This document shows positions 40,773 to 49,592 of a stretch of DNA of 64,000 bases, in pieces; position 1 is the first letter of the stretch; each line of letters begins with the position of its first letter. The stretch spans positions 1,139-65,138 of the forward strand of contig CAWEUR010000034.1 in NCBI GenBank assembly GCA_963812285.1, read 5' to 3'. Source of the DNA: an uncultured Alphaproteobacteria bacterium (GTDB taxonomy: Bacteria > Pseudomonadota > Alphaproteobacteria > Rhizobiales > Kaistiaceae). Position numbers and translations under genes: made by a program. The notes beneath the pieces are model-generated. The model was not told the DNA's origin, searched no databases, and saw only the letters and a program-made list of their open reading frames with translations.

Positions 40773-41742
40773 GTGGCAATTTTCGGTCGTCAGTTCTCCT
40801 CGCTCTCCGAGCAGGAAATCCTTTCGCTCGCCATCGGTCAGGAGGAGACGGATGGGCGTATCTACGCGGCCTTCGCCGACGGGCTGCGCGAGGATTTCCC
40901 GGCCTCGGCCACGGTCTTCGACGGCATGGCTGCCGAGGAGAACGAGCACCGCCGCATGCTGATCGACCTTTACCGGGAGAAGTTCGGCGAGCACATCCTG
41001 CCGATCACCCGCAACGACGTGCGCGGCTTCATCCAGCGCCGGCCCTATTGGCTGGTCCGCCCGCTCGGCCTCGATTTCGCCCGCAAGCAGGCCGAGATGA
41101 TGGAGGCGGAGGCGCGCAATTTCTATCTGAACGCCGCCAGGCACGCGACCGATGCTTCGATCCGCAAGCTGCTTGGCGATCTCGCCGAGGCCGAAGGCGG
41201 CCATGTCGATGCCGCCCGCCGCATGGGCGAGGAAGCACTGACCCCGGACGTGCGCGCCGCCGAGGACGATGCCGCCCGCCGGCTCTTCGTCCTGCGTATC
41301 GTCCAGCCGGGTCTCGCCGGCCTGATGGACGGCTCGGTTTCGACCCTGGCGCCGCTCTTCGCCGCCGCCTTCGCCACCCATAACAGCTGTCGATGCCTTC
41401 CTGGTCGGGCTTGCCGCCTCGATCGGCGCCGGCATCTCCATGGGCTTCGCCGAGGCGCTGTCGGATGACGGCAGCCTGTCGGGCCGGGGCAGCCCGATCG
41501 TGCGCGGCATCGTCTGCGGGCTGATGACGACGCTCGGCGGCATCGGCCACACGCTGCCCTACCTCATTCCCGACTTCAACATCGCCACCACCATTGCCGT
41601 CCTCGTCGTCGTCATCGAGCTCTTCGCCATCTCCTGGGTGCGCTATCGCTTCATGGACACGCCCTTCCTGCGCGCCGCCTTCCAGGTGGTCGTCGGCGGT
41701 GTGCTGGTTTTCATTACCGGCATCCTCATAGGCAACGCCTGA
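40773..41742 (+). pseudogene. mbfA: Membrane-bound ferritin-like / VIT1 (CCC1) family iron exporter, frameshift near 41388
   Basis: The N-terminal erythrin/ferritin-like domain has paired ExxH motifs (AAEENEHRRM, EAEGGHVD). The C-terminal VIT1 membrane domain (GLAASIGAGISMGFAEALSDDG...LVFITGILIGNA) is in the +1 frame (ORF 41440-41742). Confidence 0.8.
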
Positions 41743-41758
41743 GGCAACGGCAGGGGCG

Positions 41759-42322
41759 ATGGAGCAGGGCGGACAATCCGAACTCGTCGACATGCTCCGT
41801 CGCGTCGCGGCGGGCGACCGGCGGGCCTTCGCCTTGCTGTATGGGCGCACGGGCGCGAAACTTCACGGCACGGTTCGACGTATCTTGGTCAGTGATGCCG
41901 TCGCGGAGGATGCCGTGCAGGAAGCCTATGTCCGCATATGGCGTCGTGCGGCCGATTTCGACGCCACGATCGCCTCGCCGATCGCGTGGATGACGACGAT
42001 CGCCCGCCATGTGGCGATCGACATGCTGCGCCGCGGCGCCGAGAAGGTCTCGGCCGCCGGTCGCGAGCTCGACCCGGAACTCGTCGAGCGGCTCGCCGAT
42101 CCGGCGCCGGATGCGGGCGACCGGCTGGCCGATGGCAGCGCTCTTGCTGCCTGCCTCGGGCGTCTCGACGCCGATCGCAGGCAGATGGTCATGCTCGCCT
42201 ATTGTCACGGCTGGAGCAGGGATGAACTGGCGGCGCGCTTCGAGCGCCCGGTCGCGACGGTAAAGACGATCCTCAGGCGCAGCCTGATAGCGTTGAAGGA
42301 ATGCCTCGGTGGCGGAGACTGA
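41759..42322 (+). CDS. ECF-type RNA polymerase sigma factor (SigK-like context)
   Basis: 187-aa intact ORF with region 2 AEDAVQEAYVRIWRRAADFD...WMTTIARHVAIDMLRR and region 4 RQMVMLAYCHGWSRDELAARFERPVATVKTILRRSL. It starts 16 nt after mbfA. Confidence 0.88.
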   Translation: MEQGGQSELVDMLRRVAAGDRRAFALLYGRTGAKLHGTVRRILVSDAVAEDAVQEAYVRIWRRAADFDATIASPIAWMTTIARHVAIDMLRRGAEKVSAAGRELDPELVERLADPAPDAGDRLADGSALAACLGRLDADRRQMVMLAYCHGWSRDELAARFERPVATVKTILRRSLIALKECLGGGD

Positions 42323-43005
42323 GCGCGACAACCTGGACGCCCTGGCGGGCGAATACGTGCTGGGCACGCTGGCCGCGGACGAGCGGCTGGCGGCCGAGGC
42401 GCGTCTCGCCACGGATCCCGCGTTCCGCGGTGCCGTCGCCGCCTGGGAGGCCCGGCTGCAGCCGCTCGCTGATGCCGCGCACGCCGTGCCGCTTGCCGCC
42501 GGCGGGCTCGACCGCATCATGGCCGAGATCGATCGCCAGGGAACGGGCGAGCGGCGAGACCAGCATCGTCACCCTGCGTCGCTCGCTCCGCCGCTGGCGT
42601 ACCGCGACGGCGCTGGCCGGCGCGATCGCTGCCGTGCTCGCCGGCCTCATCGTCGTCGATCGCTACGTCCTTCCGCAGCCGCAGACCGAATTCGTCGCCG
42701 TGCTCACCGCCGGCGGCGACAAGCCGGCCTTCGTCGCCACCGTCGATACGGTCAAGGGCACCATCGCTGTCCGCCGCGTCGCGACGCCCGCGCCGCCCGA
42801 CAAGAGCTACGAGCTCTGGGCCGTTGCCTCGGGCGCGGCGCCGAAATCGCTCGGCCTCGTCGAGAATGCCAGCCTGTCGCGGCCCCTGCCGGTCGCGCCG
42901 AAGGGCCTGACCCTGGCGATCAGCCTCGAGCCGAAGGGCGGCTCGCCGACCGGCGCCCCCACCGGTCCGGTCGTCTTCTCCGGTACGCTGGTTCCCACCG
43001 AATAG
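42309..43005 (+). pseudogene. Anti-sigma-K factor RskA family protein, frameshift near 42550
   Basis: GTG 42309 overlaps the sigma stop. N-terminal LAGEYVLGTLAADERLAAEARLATDPAFRGAVAAWEARL (ORF 42309-43109), then in the +1 frame a TM segment and an extracytoplasmic RskA-type domain with KSYELWAV...[24 protein letters not shown] (ORF 42301-43005). Confidence 0.8.
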
Positions 43006-43119
43006 ACGACCGCCGCGGTATGCACGAGCGGCCCTTCCGATGTCCCAAACGACATCGGCCCCGCCCGGATGGGCGGAGCCGCCTGCGTCGAACCTGGAGA
43101 CACGAGTGATGGGTCCGAC

Positions 43120-43705
43120 TTACATCTTGGGCAGGAGCACCGTGTCGATGACGTGGATGACGCCGTTCGACTGGTTGACGTCGGCGATCGTCACCTTGGC
43201 GGTGTCGCCGCTCTCGTCCCAGACCCACAGGTGCGCCGTCCTTCATGGAGAAGGTGAGGGGATCGCCCTCGACGGTCTTGTAGGCGGCCTTGTCCACCCA
43301 TCTTCTTGATGTCGGCCATGATGCTCTCGGCCGAATGCTTGCCGGGCAGCGACGTGATAGGTCAGGATCGCGACGAGCTTCTTCTTGTTCTCGGGCTTGA
43401 GCAGGCGTGTCGACCGTGCCCTTCGGCAGCTTGGCGAAGGCTTCATTGGTCGGCGCGAAGACCGTGAACGGGCCCTTGCCTTCGAGCGTCTCGACGAGGC
43501 CGGCGGCCTTCACCGCGGCGACGAGGGTCGTGTGGTCCTTCGAGTTGACCGCGTTCTCGATGATGTTCTTGGAGGGATACATCGGCGCGCCGCCGACCAT
43601 CACGGTATCGGCCGCGAAGGACTGCGTGGCGACGCCGGCGCCGGCGGTACCGAGGACCGCGACCATGGCGGTCGCCTGCAAGAGGGCACGAAGCGGGGAT
43701 TTCAT
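43120..43705 (-). pseudogene. Fasciclin (FAS1) domain secreted protein, at least three frameshifts
   Basis: Signal peptide [29 protein letters not shown]1 motifs [32 protein letters not shown] and, in another frame, [15 protein letters not shown] (stop 43120-43122). Confidence 0.8.
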
Positions 43706-43757
43706 GGAAACTCTCCTTTGGCTGTCTGGCCCCATTTCTCTGGGGGACATGGCCAGC

Positions 43758-43783
43758 TACGGAGAGGTTCGGCGGAGAGTTTC
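43758..43783 (-). promoter_or_regulatory. Candidate ECF-type promoter upstream of the fasciclin gene
   Basis: The minus strand reads GAAAC-N17-CGTA (cctGAAACtctccgccgaacctctcCGTAgc) about 50 nt upstream of ATG 43705. It resembles the GAAC...CGT layout common to ECF promoters. Confidence 0.3.
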
Positions 43784-43841
43784 AGGTGGCCCGCAAAAAT
43801 CGATCACGAGGCCGTGATCGCGCCGGGGAGCCGGCACCGGA

Positions 43842-44477
43842 TCAGGGAAGAAGCGCCGCCCCGGTCTCGACCGACTTCCGCATATGGGGGAAATTGGCCT
43901 TGTGCTCGATGTAATATTTCTGTGCGAGCAGATAGGTCTCGATCGCCGCCGCATCGACGACCGGTCCGGGCTGGGGAATGCCGACATCGACACCGCGCAG
44001 CCAGTCGCGCAGCTTGGTCGGCTTGCCGGTCATGTTGATCCACAGGGCCATGTAGAGGAGGGCGCGCGGCGCGATGGTGCGCCCGGCGCTGGCGGCGGCG
44101 CTGGTGCAGGTGTCGACATCCGGATAGATGCCGGCAAGGATCGCCTCGTCCATCGCGTCGACAAGCGCGCTGCCGCGCCGCAGCGCAGCGTTGACGAGGT
44201 CAGTATCGGCCTGGCTGAGCGGATTGACCTTCACCGGCACCGCGATCGCCGCAAGGATCTGGTCGATCTTCGGCTTCGGCACGCCGGCCGCCGTCAGGCA
44301 GTCGACGAAGGTCTTCTTGGCCACCGCCTGGCCGGCGGCAAGGTCGCCCTGCATGGAGCCGAAGCTGCCGCCGCTGTTGCCCTTGCCGGCGAACGAGATT
44401 TCGTAGGGCGTGCCATTGCCGATCTCGTGCATGCGCAGGGCCGCGCGCAGGGCTGGCTTCAGGCTCTCGGCCGGCAT
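43842..44477 (-). CDS. Hypothetical protein with a lytic-transglycosylase-like E-x-S ... G-S-M-Q motif
   Basis: 211-aa intact ORF with no signal peptide. PYEISFAGKGNSGGSFGSMQGD resembles the ES...GxMQ catalytic signature of SLT/GH23 lysozyme-like domains. The rest is unrecognised. Confidence 0.45.
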   Translation of the reverse strand: MPAESLKPALRAALRMHEIGNGTPYEISFAGKGNSGGSFGSMQGDLAAGQAVAKKTFVDCLTAAGVPKPKIDQILAAIAVPVKVNPLSQADTDLVNAALRRGSALVDAMDEAILAGIYPDVDTCTSAAASAGRTIAPRALLYMALWINMTGKPTKLRDWLRGVDVGIPQPGPVVDAAAIETYLLAQKYYIEHKANFPHMRKSVETGAALLP

Positions 44478-44617
44478 GGTTTCCTCCCGCCGCTTTCCAA
44501 GCCGGTATCATAGTCCGGACCCTTTGCTCGGAATAGTTTTATCGCGCGCCCGCCGCGCTTGCGCTCGTCCGGGCCCGATCCTAAGAGAAGGCGAGGGAGA
44601 ACGGCGACAGGCGGGCC

Positions 44618-45792
44618 ATGCAGGTGAAGAGCACCAATCCGATCTATACCGGCCTGCCGACGACCATCTTCGAGGTCATGTCGCGGCTCGCCATCGAGCA
44701 CAACGCGATCAATCTCGGCCAGGGCTTTCCCGACGTCGACGGGCCGCAGGACATCCGCCGCTTCGCCGCCGACGAGATCGTCGCCGGGCCGAACCAGTAT
44801 CCGCCGATGATGGGCGTGCCGGAACTGCGCCAGGCCGTCGCCGAGGCCAACCGGCGCTTCTACGGCCTCGATGTCGACTGGAAGAGCGAAGTGCTGGTCA
44901 CGTCGGGCGCGACGGAGGCCCTGTCCGACTGCATGGCCGGCCTGATCGAGCCCGGCGACGAGGTGGTGCTCATCGAGCCGCTCTACGACTGCTACCTGCC
45001 GCTCGTCCGTCGCGCCGGCGCGGTCCCGAAGCTCGTCCGTGTCACCCCGCCCGACTGGCGGCTCGATCGCCGAGGCGCTGTCGGCCGCCTTCTCCCCGAA
45101 GACCAAGGCGATCCTTCTCAACAATCCGATGAATCCGGCGGCAAAGGTCTTCGACGAGGACGAGCTCGCCCTCATCGCCGAGATGGTCGTCAGCCACGAC
45201 GCCTTCGCCATCTGCGACGAGGTCTATGAGCACATCCTCTTCGACGGCCGCCGCCACAGGCCGCTGATGAGCTTTCCCGGCATGCGCGAGCGCTGCCTGC
45301 GCATCGGCTCGGCCGGCAAGACCTTCTCCTTCACCGGCTGGAAGGTCGGCTACGTCACCGCCGCCCCGCATCTCCTCGACCCGGTCACCAAGGCGCATCA
45401 GTTCACCACCTTCACGACGCCGCCCGGCCTGCAGAAGGCGGTCGCCTATGGTCTCGCCAAGGACGATACCTATTACGATGCGCTCTCCGGCGACCTCGAG
45501 GCCAAGCGCGACCGCCTGGCGAAGGGGCTTGGCCGAGATCGGCTTCGGCGTCGTGCCCTGCGCCGGCACCTATTTCATCACCGCCGATGTCGCGCCGCTC
45601 GGCCTCACCGCCGATGATGCCGCGCTCTGCGAGAAGATGACCGTCGAGGCCGGCGTCACCGCCGTGCCGGTCTCCGCCTTCTACCAGTCGGACGCGCCGA
45701 AGAGCTTCGTCCGCTTCTGCTTCTCCAAGCGCGACGAAGTCCTCGACGCAGCGCTCGATCGCCTCGGGCGGTGGGTCGCCGACGCCACCTGA
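44618..45792 (+). pseudogene. Class I/II pyridoxal-phosphate-dependent aminotransferase (YbdL / kynurenine aminotransferase-like), two frameshifts
   Basis: NLGQGFPD, NQYPPMMG and PLP-lysine motif SAGKTFSFTGWKVGY. Pieces lie in ORFs 44618-45229, 45039-45617 and 45448-45792. Removing C at about 45068 gives DWRLDAEALSAAFSPKTKAILLNNP. Confidence 0.85.
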
Positions 45793-45827
45793 AGCAGGCT
45801 GCGCCCTCCTTGAAACGGCGCTGATTT

Positions 45828-45849
45828 GGCCTATGCTATGGCATAGGCC
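45828..45849. promoter_or_regulatory. Perfect 22-bp palindrome upstream of vapB; candidate TA operator
   Basis: GGCCTATGC-tatg-GCATAGGCC ends 26 nt upstream of ATG 45875. Confidence 0.5.
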
Positions 45850-45874
45850 TCGCCGATGGGGCCTGGAGACGCCG

Positions 45875-46117
45875 ATGAACGAATCGCGCCACGTCAAACT
45901 GTTCAGGAACGGCCGCAACCAGGCGGTTCGCATTCCCCGCGAATTCGAATTGCCGGGAGACGAAGCGATTCTGACCCGCGAGGGCAATCGCCTCATCCTC
46001 GAGCCGAAGAAGAAGAAGACGCTGCTCGAAGTTCTGGCCGAGCTTGAACCGATCGAGGAAGAGTTTCCGGAAATTGACGATCCGCCACCCGAGCCGGTCG
46101 ATCTTGGCTTCGAGTGA
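45875..46117 (+). CDS. vapB: Type II antitoxin, AbrB/SpoVT (VapB) family
   Basis: MNESRHVKLFRNGRNQAVRIPREFELPG is a typical SpoVT/AbrB swapped-hairpin N-terminus. RBS GGAGAC lies upstream and the stop overlaps the toxin start. Confidence 0.85.
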   Translation: MNESRHVKLFRNGRNQAVRIPREFELPGDEAILTREGNRLILEPKKKKTLLEVLAELEPIEEEFPEIDDPPPEPVDLGFE

Positions 46118-46515
46118 TGCGCTACCTCCTCGATACCAACGCGCTCTCCGACCTCGTTCGTCATCCCGATGGCCAGATCGCTGACGGCATCAGGCAGGTT
46201 GGTCAGGAGAACGTGGTAACCAGTCTTGTCGTCTCCGCTGAGATCTGGTTCGGCCTGTCGAGAACGCCGTCGGCGCGGTTGAGCGCGCAGGTCGACGCGG
46301 TTCTCGGCGCGATCGAAATCCTTCCGCTGGAAAGCCCCGCTGACCGCATCTACGGCCAGCTTCGCGCCGACCTTCAGCGCAAGGGCCGGCCCATCGGCGC
46401 CAACGACCTGTTCATAGCCGCCCACGCTCTGGCGCTCGATTGCACGCTCGTCACCGACAACATGAGAGAATTCGCTCGCGTTCCCGATCTCCGGGTTGAG
46501 AATTGGCTGCGTTGA
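46114..46515 (+). CDS. vapC: Type II toxin, PIN-domain ribonuclease VapC
   Basis: YLLDTNALSD (first acidic residue), SAEIWFG, IGANDLFIAAHALALDCTLVTDN. Intact, 133 aa; the start is GTG 46114 or ATG 46117. Confidence 0.88.
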   Translation: MMRYLLDTNALSDLVRHPDGQIADGIRQVGQENVVTSLVVSAEIWFGLSRTPSARLSAQVDAVLGAIEILPLESPADRIYGQLRADLQRKGRPIGANDLFIAAHALALDCTLVTDNMREFARVPDLRVENWLR

Positions 46516-46537
46516 GTTTCTTGCTTCAGGTTCTCCT

Positions 46538-47571
46538 ATGACCGATCCCGTTCTCATCGAAGTCACCCGCGATCCCGCCGTCGAGAGCCGCCATCGCGGC
46601 GCCATTGTCGTTGTCGACGCCAAGGGCAATCGCCGCGCCGCCATCGGCGATGTCGAGCAGGCTGGTCTTTCCGCGCTCCGCCGTCAAGGCCTTGCAGGCC
46701 CTGGCTCTGGTCGAGAGCGGCGCCGCCGATGCCTTCGGTCTGACCCCGGCCGAGCTCGCGCTCGCCTGTGCTTCCCATGGCGGCGAGCCGCGCCACGTCG
46801 CCGCCGCCACATCGATGCTCGCCAAGGCAGGGCGCGGCGTCGCCGACCTCGAATGCGGCATCCACATGCCCGCCTACAAAGGCGCCTCCGCGGCGCTCAT
46901 CCGCGCCGGCGAGGCGGCGAGCCCGCTCCACAACAACTGCTCGGGCAAGCATTCCGGCTTCGTCTGCCTCGCCGTGCCATCGCGGCCTCGACCCGAGGGG
47001 CTATGTCGCGCCCGACCATCCCGTCCAGCGCGAGATCACCGGCGTGCTCGCCGAGATGACCGGCGCCCGGCTCGACGAGACCAATCGCGGCGTCGACGGC
47101 TGCACCATCCCGACCTATGCGCATCCCGCTCGACGCCCTGGCCCTCGGCTTCGCCCGCTTCATCACCGGCGACGGCCTGTCGCCGACCCGCGCCGCCGCC
47201 GCCCGCCGCCTTGCCGAAGCCTGCTGGCAGGAGCCCTTCATGGTCGCTGGCACCGGGCGCTTCTGCACCGATACGATGACGCTGTTCGGCAGGCGTGTCT
47301 TCGTCAAGACCGGCGCCGAGGGCGTCTTCTGCGCCGCCTTTCCCGATCTCGGCCTCGGCGTGGCGGTGAAAGCCGACGACGGTGCCGACCGGGCTTCCGA
47401 GGCGCTGATGGCGACTGTGATCGATGCCCTCCTGCCGATGAGCGAGGCAGAGCGCGCCCGCTTCGCCGATCGCATGCGCCCGCCCATCGGAACCGCCGCG
47501 GAGCGAAAGTCGGTGAAATCAGGCCGGTGGCGGGCCTGGTTGAATCGCTGCGCGAGGGCAGGGCGGGTTAG
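46538..47571 (+). pseudogene. Asparaginase family protein (asparaginase II, PF06089-like), four frameshifts
   Basis: Pieces: MTDPVLIEVTRDPAVESRHRGAIVVVDAKG, FPRSAVKALQALALVESGAA...HNNCSGKHSGF, DHPVQREITGVLAEMTG...GVDGCTIPTYA, FVKTGAEGVFCAAFPDLGLGVAVKADDG and RGAKVGEIRPVAGL. These lie in ORFs 46496-, 46605-, 46768-, 47117- and back to the 46768 frame. Confidence 0.8.
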
Positions 47572-48332
47572 GCAATCGGTCCGCCGCGCCCGGCCTGGGC
47601 GCGAAAGCGTCTCGCCCAGTCTTCGGATTCGTCGTCGGCGAGCTTCGCCGTCCGTGGTGCCACCTTCGAGGCCAGCGAACGATCGAGACCGAGCGCCGAC
47701 AGAATGTCGGCGACCGCGTGGCGCGGATCGGCGATCAACGTCTCGTAGGTGAGGCGCAAGGGTGCGATCCTGTTTTCCGCGAACCACGCGTGCCAGGCCG
47801 CGTCGTCCCGCCGCATGGCCTCGAGGTGCTCCGCGATCAGCGAGGCGTCGTAGGATGCCCGTCGCGGCGCCGCCACGCCCTCGCGCATGCTGCCGTCGCC
47901 GTTCATGTGCCACAGCCCGGTCTGCAGCGCCTTCACCAGCGAGATGGCCTGTGCCAGCTTGTCGGCGCGCGAAAGATGCATATAGAGGGTCGGCCCGAAG
48001 GCCCGTTCGATGCGCGCGGCGTCGCCCTCAAGCCCGTCACCAAGAGGGCCCAGCCGCGCCGAGAGTTCGCCGAGGCTGCCCCACATGATGCGGCAGCCGA
48101 ACAGGTCCGTCCCGGCGCTCCCGTGCCCGACGACCGCCTCCAGATACGCCGCTCCGTAGTCGAACGGGTCGGCCTGCAACGGCACGCCCAAACGCTGCGA
48201 CCACAGCGGCACGTCCTCTTTGCGAAAATATGACGCGGGGCGGCCGGCGACGCCGGTCTCGGTCAGGACGTCGCACAGAAGCGTGCTGCCGCTGCGCGGG
48301 GTCGCACAAAGGAAATAGGAGCGAAACGGCAT
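47568..48332 (-). CDS. Stf0 family sulfotransferase
   Basis: MPFRSYFLCATPRSGSTLLCDVL (PAPS 5'-phosphosulfate binding loop), YMHLSRADKLAQAISLVKALQTGLW. ATG 48332 is chosen over the longer ORF. The 3' end overlaps the asparaginase stop by 4 nt (convergent). Confidence 0.8.
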   Translation of the reverse strand: MPFRSYFLCATPRSGSTLLCDVLTETGVAGRPASYFRKEDVPLWSQRLGVPLQADPFDYGAAYLEAVVGHGSAGTDLFGCRIMWGSLGELSARLGPLGDGLEGDAARIERAFGPTLYMHLSRADKLAQAISLVKALQTGLWHMNGDGSMREGVAAPRRASYDASLIAEHLEAMRRDDAAWHAWFAENRIAPLRLTYETLIADPRHAVADILSALGLDRSLASKVAPRTAKLADDESEDWARRFRAQAGRGGPIA

Positions 48333-48527
48333 CTCTGTCCTCTTTGGCGGCACCCGTGCTTCTGCGCACCGAAGCGGGCCGCGACCCAATTCATGGCCGG
48401 CCGGGTGTCCTCGTCCCGCGCCCCAACCTGTCAAAACCCTGACAACCGCCCTCAGCCGTTTGCAAGGGCGTCTGGGCTACCTCGGCTGCATCGCTCGTCC
48501 GAGCGCTTCACTTGAGGAAATTCCAAT

Positions 48528-48818
48528 ATGCACAAGCTTATCATCGCCGCCGCACTCGCCATTGCGCCGCTTGTCACCGTCTCGGTCCAGGCCGCTTCGG
48601 CGAAGGAGGCTGCTTGCACGACCCAGCCCGCCTCCAAGTGGATCGGCAAGACCGCCGCCAAGGCCAATGCCGAGAAGCTCGGCTACAAGGTGCGCAGCGT
48701 GAAGGTGGAGAACAATTGCTATGACGTCTTCGCCATCGACAAGAGCGGCAAGCACACTCTCGCGGTGATGAACCCGATCACCGGCAAGATCGTCAACAAC
48801 GAGAATGAAAGCAACTGA
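48528..48818 (+). CDS. PepSY domain-containing secreted protein
   Basis: Signal peptide MHKLIIAAALAIAPLVTVSVQAAS, then a small domain ending LGYKVRSVKVENNCYDVFAIDKSGKHTLAVMNPITGKIV. RBS GAGGAAA lies upstream. Confidence 0.75.
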   Translation: MHKLIIAAALAIAPLVTVSVQAASAKEAACTTQPASKWIGKTAAKANAEKLGYKVRSVKVENNCYDVFAIDKSGKHTLAVMNPITGKIVNNENESN

Positions 48819-49393
48819 TGTCGGCCACGGTCGATCAGGACGCTGCTGCCGGCCGCCTCGCGCGGCCGGCAACGGTCCGGGTGTGGGATCCGCTCGTCCG
48901 GGTCTTTCACTGGTCGCTCGCCGCCGCGGTCGGCATCGCCTGGTTGAGCGGCGGCGAAAGCAAATCCGTCCACTTCATCGCTGGCTATGCGGTCGTCGGC
49001 CTCGTCGCCTTTCGCGTTGTCTGGGGCCTCGTCGGCACCCGCCATGCCCGCTTCAGCGATTTCATCTATCACCCGGCGACGATTGTCACCTTCATCAGGG
49101 ACACGTTTGGCCTACGCGCGCGACGATATGTCGGACATAACCCGGCTGGTGGCGCCATGGTCGTGCTCCTGCTGCTCGGCCTGGCGGGCGCGGCGGTGAC
49201 CGGGATGATGATGATCAGCGATGCCTATTGGGGCGTCGAGTGGGTCCGCATCGCCCATAGCCTCATCGTCAACCTGCTGGTGCTACTTGTTATTTTCCAT
49301 CTCGTCGGCGTCGTCATCGCCAGCTTCGAGCATCGCGAAAATCTGGTGAAGGCCATGCTCACCGGCCACAAGCGTGCGCCCGACGGCGAATAA
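48818..49393 (+). CDS. Cytochrome b/b561-like membrane protein (Ni/Fe-hydrogenase b-type cytochrome subunit family)
   Basis: TGATG overlap with the PepSY gene. Four predicted TM helices with conserved His (VFHWSLAA, HFIAGY, GHNPAGG, IAHSLIVNLLVLLVIFHLVGV). Confidence 0.8.
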   Translation: MSATVDQDAAAGRLARPATVRVWDPLVRVFHWSLAAAVGIAWLSGGESKSVHFIAGYAVVGLVAFRVVWGLVGTRHARFSDFIYHPATIVTFIRDTFGLRARRYVGHNPAGGAMVVLLLLGLAGAAVTGMMMISDAYWGVEWVRIAHSLIVNLLVLLVIFHLVGVVIASFEHRENLVKAMLTGHKRAPDGE

Positions 49394-49480
49394 CGCGCGA
49401 TCGGCCTTTTCCATCGTCGAGCCGCCGCCGCGACGTCTGCCGCGACGGCAATAGGCGTGCTGCGTCAGCCCGTTAACGTC

Positions 49481-49495
49481 GCCGATTAAATCGGC
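49481..49495. promoter_or_regulatory. Perfect 15-nt palindrome in the cytochrome b / MFS intergenic region
   Basis: GCCGATT-A-AATCGGC, immediately preceded by the palindrome CGTTAACG (49471-49478). Function unknown. Confidence 0.3.
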
Positions 49496-49573
49496 GTGTC
49501 ACGCCGGGCGCGCGCCGCCGGTGCCGGGTGCATGCATCCGCCCACACGATTTTGCACCGCACCATCTTGAATG

Positions 49574-49592
49574 ATAAGCTAGGTCAGCTTAT
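49574..49592. promoter_or_regulatory. AT-rich inverted repeat about 300 nt upstream of the MFS gene; candidate operator/promoter region
   Basis: ATAAGCT-aggtc-AGCTTAT has perfect 7-bp arms and is embedded in the only AT-rich stretch of this intergenic region (cttgaatgataagctaggtcagcttattactt). Confidence 0.35.
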
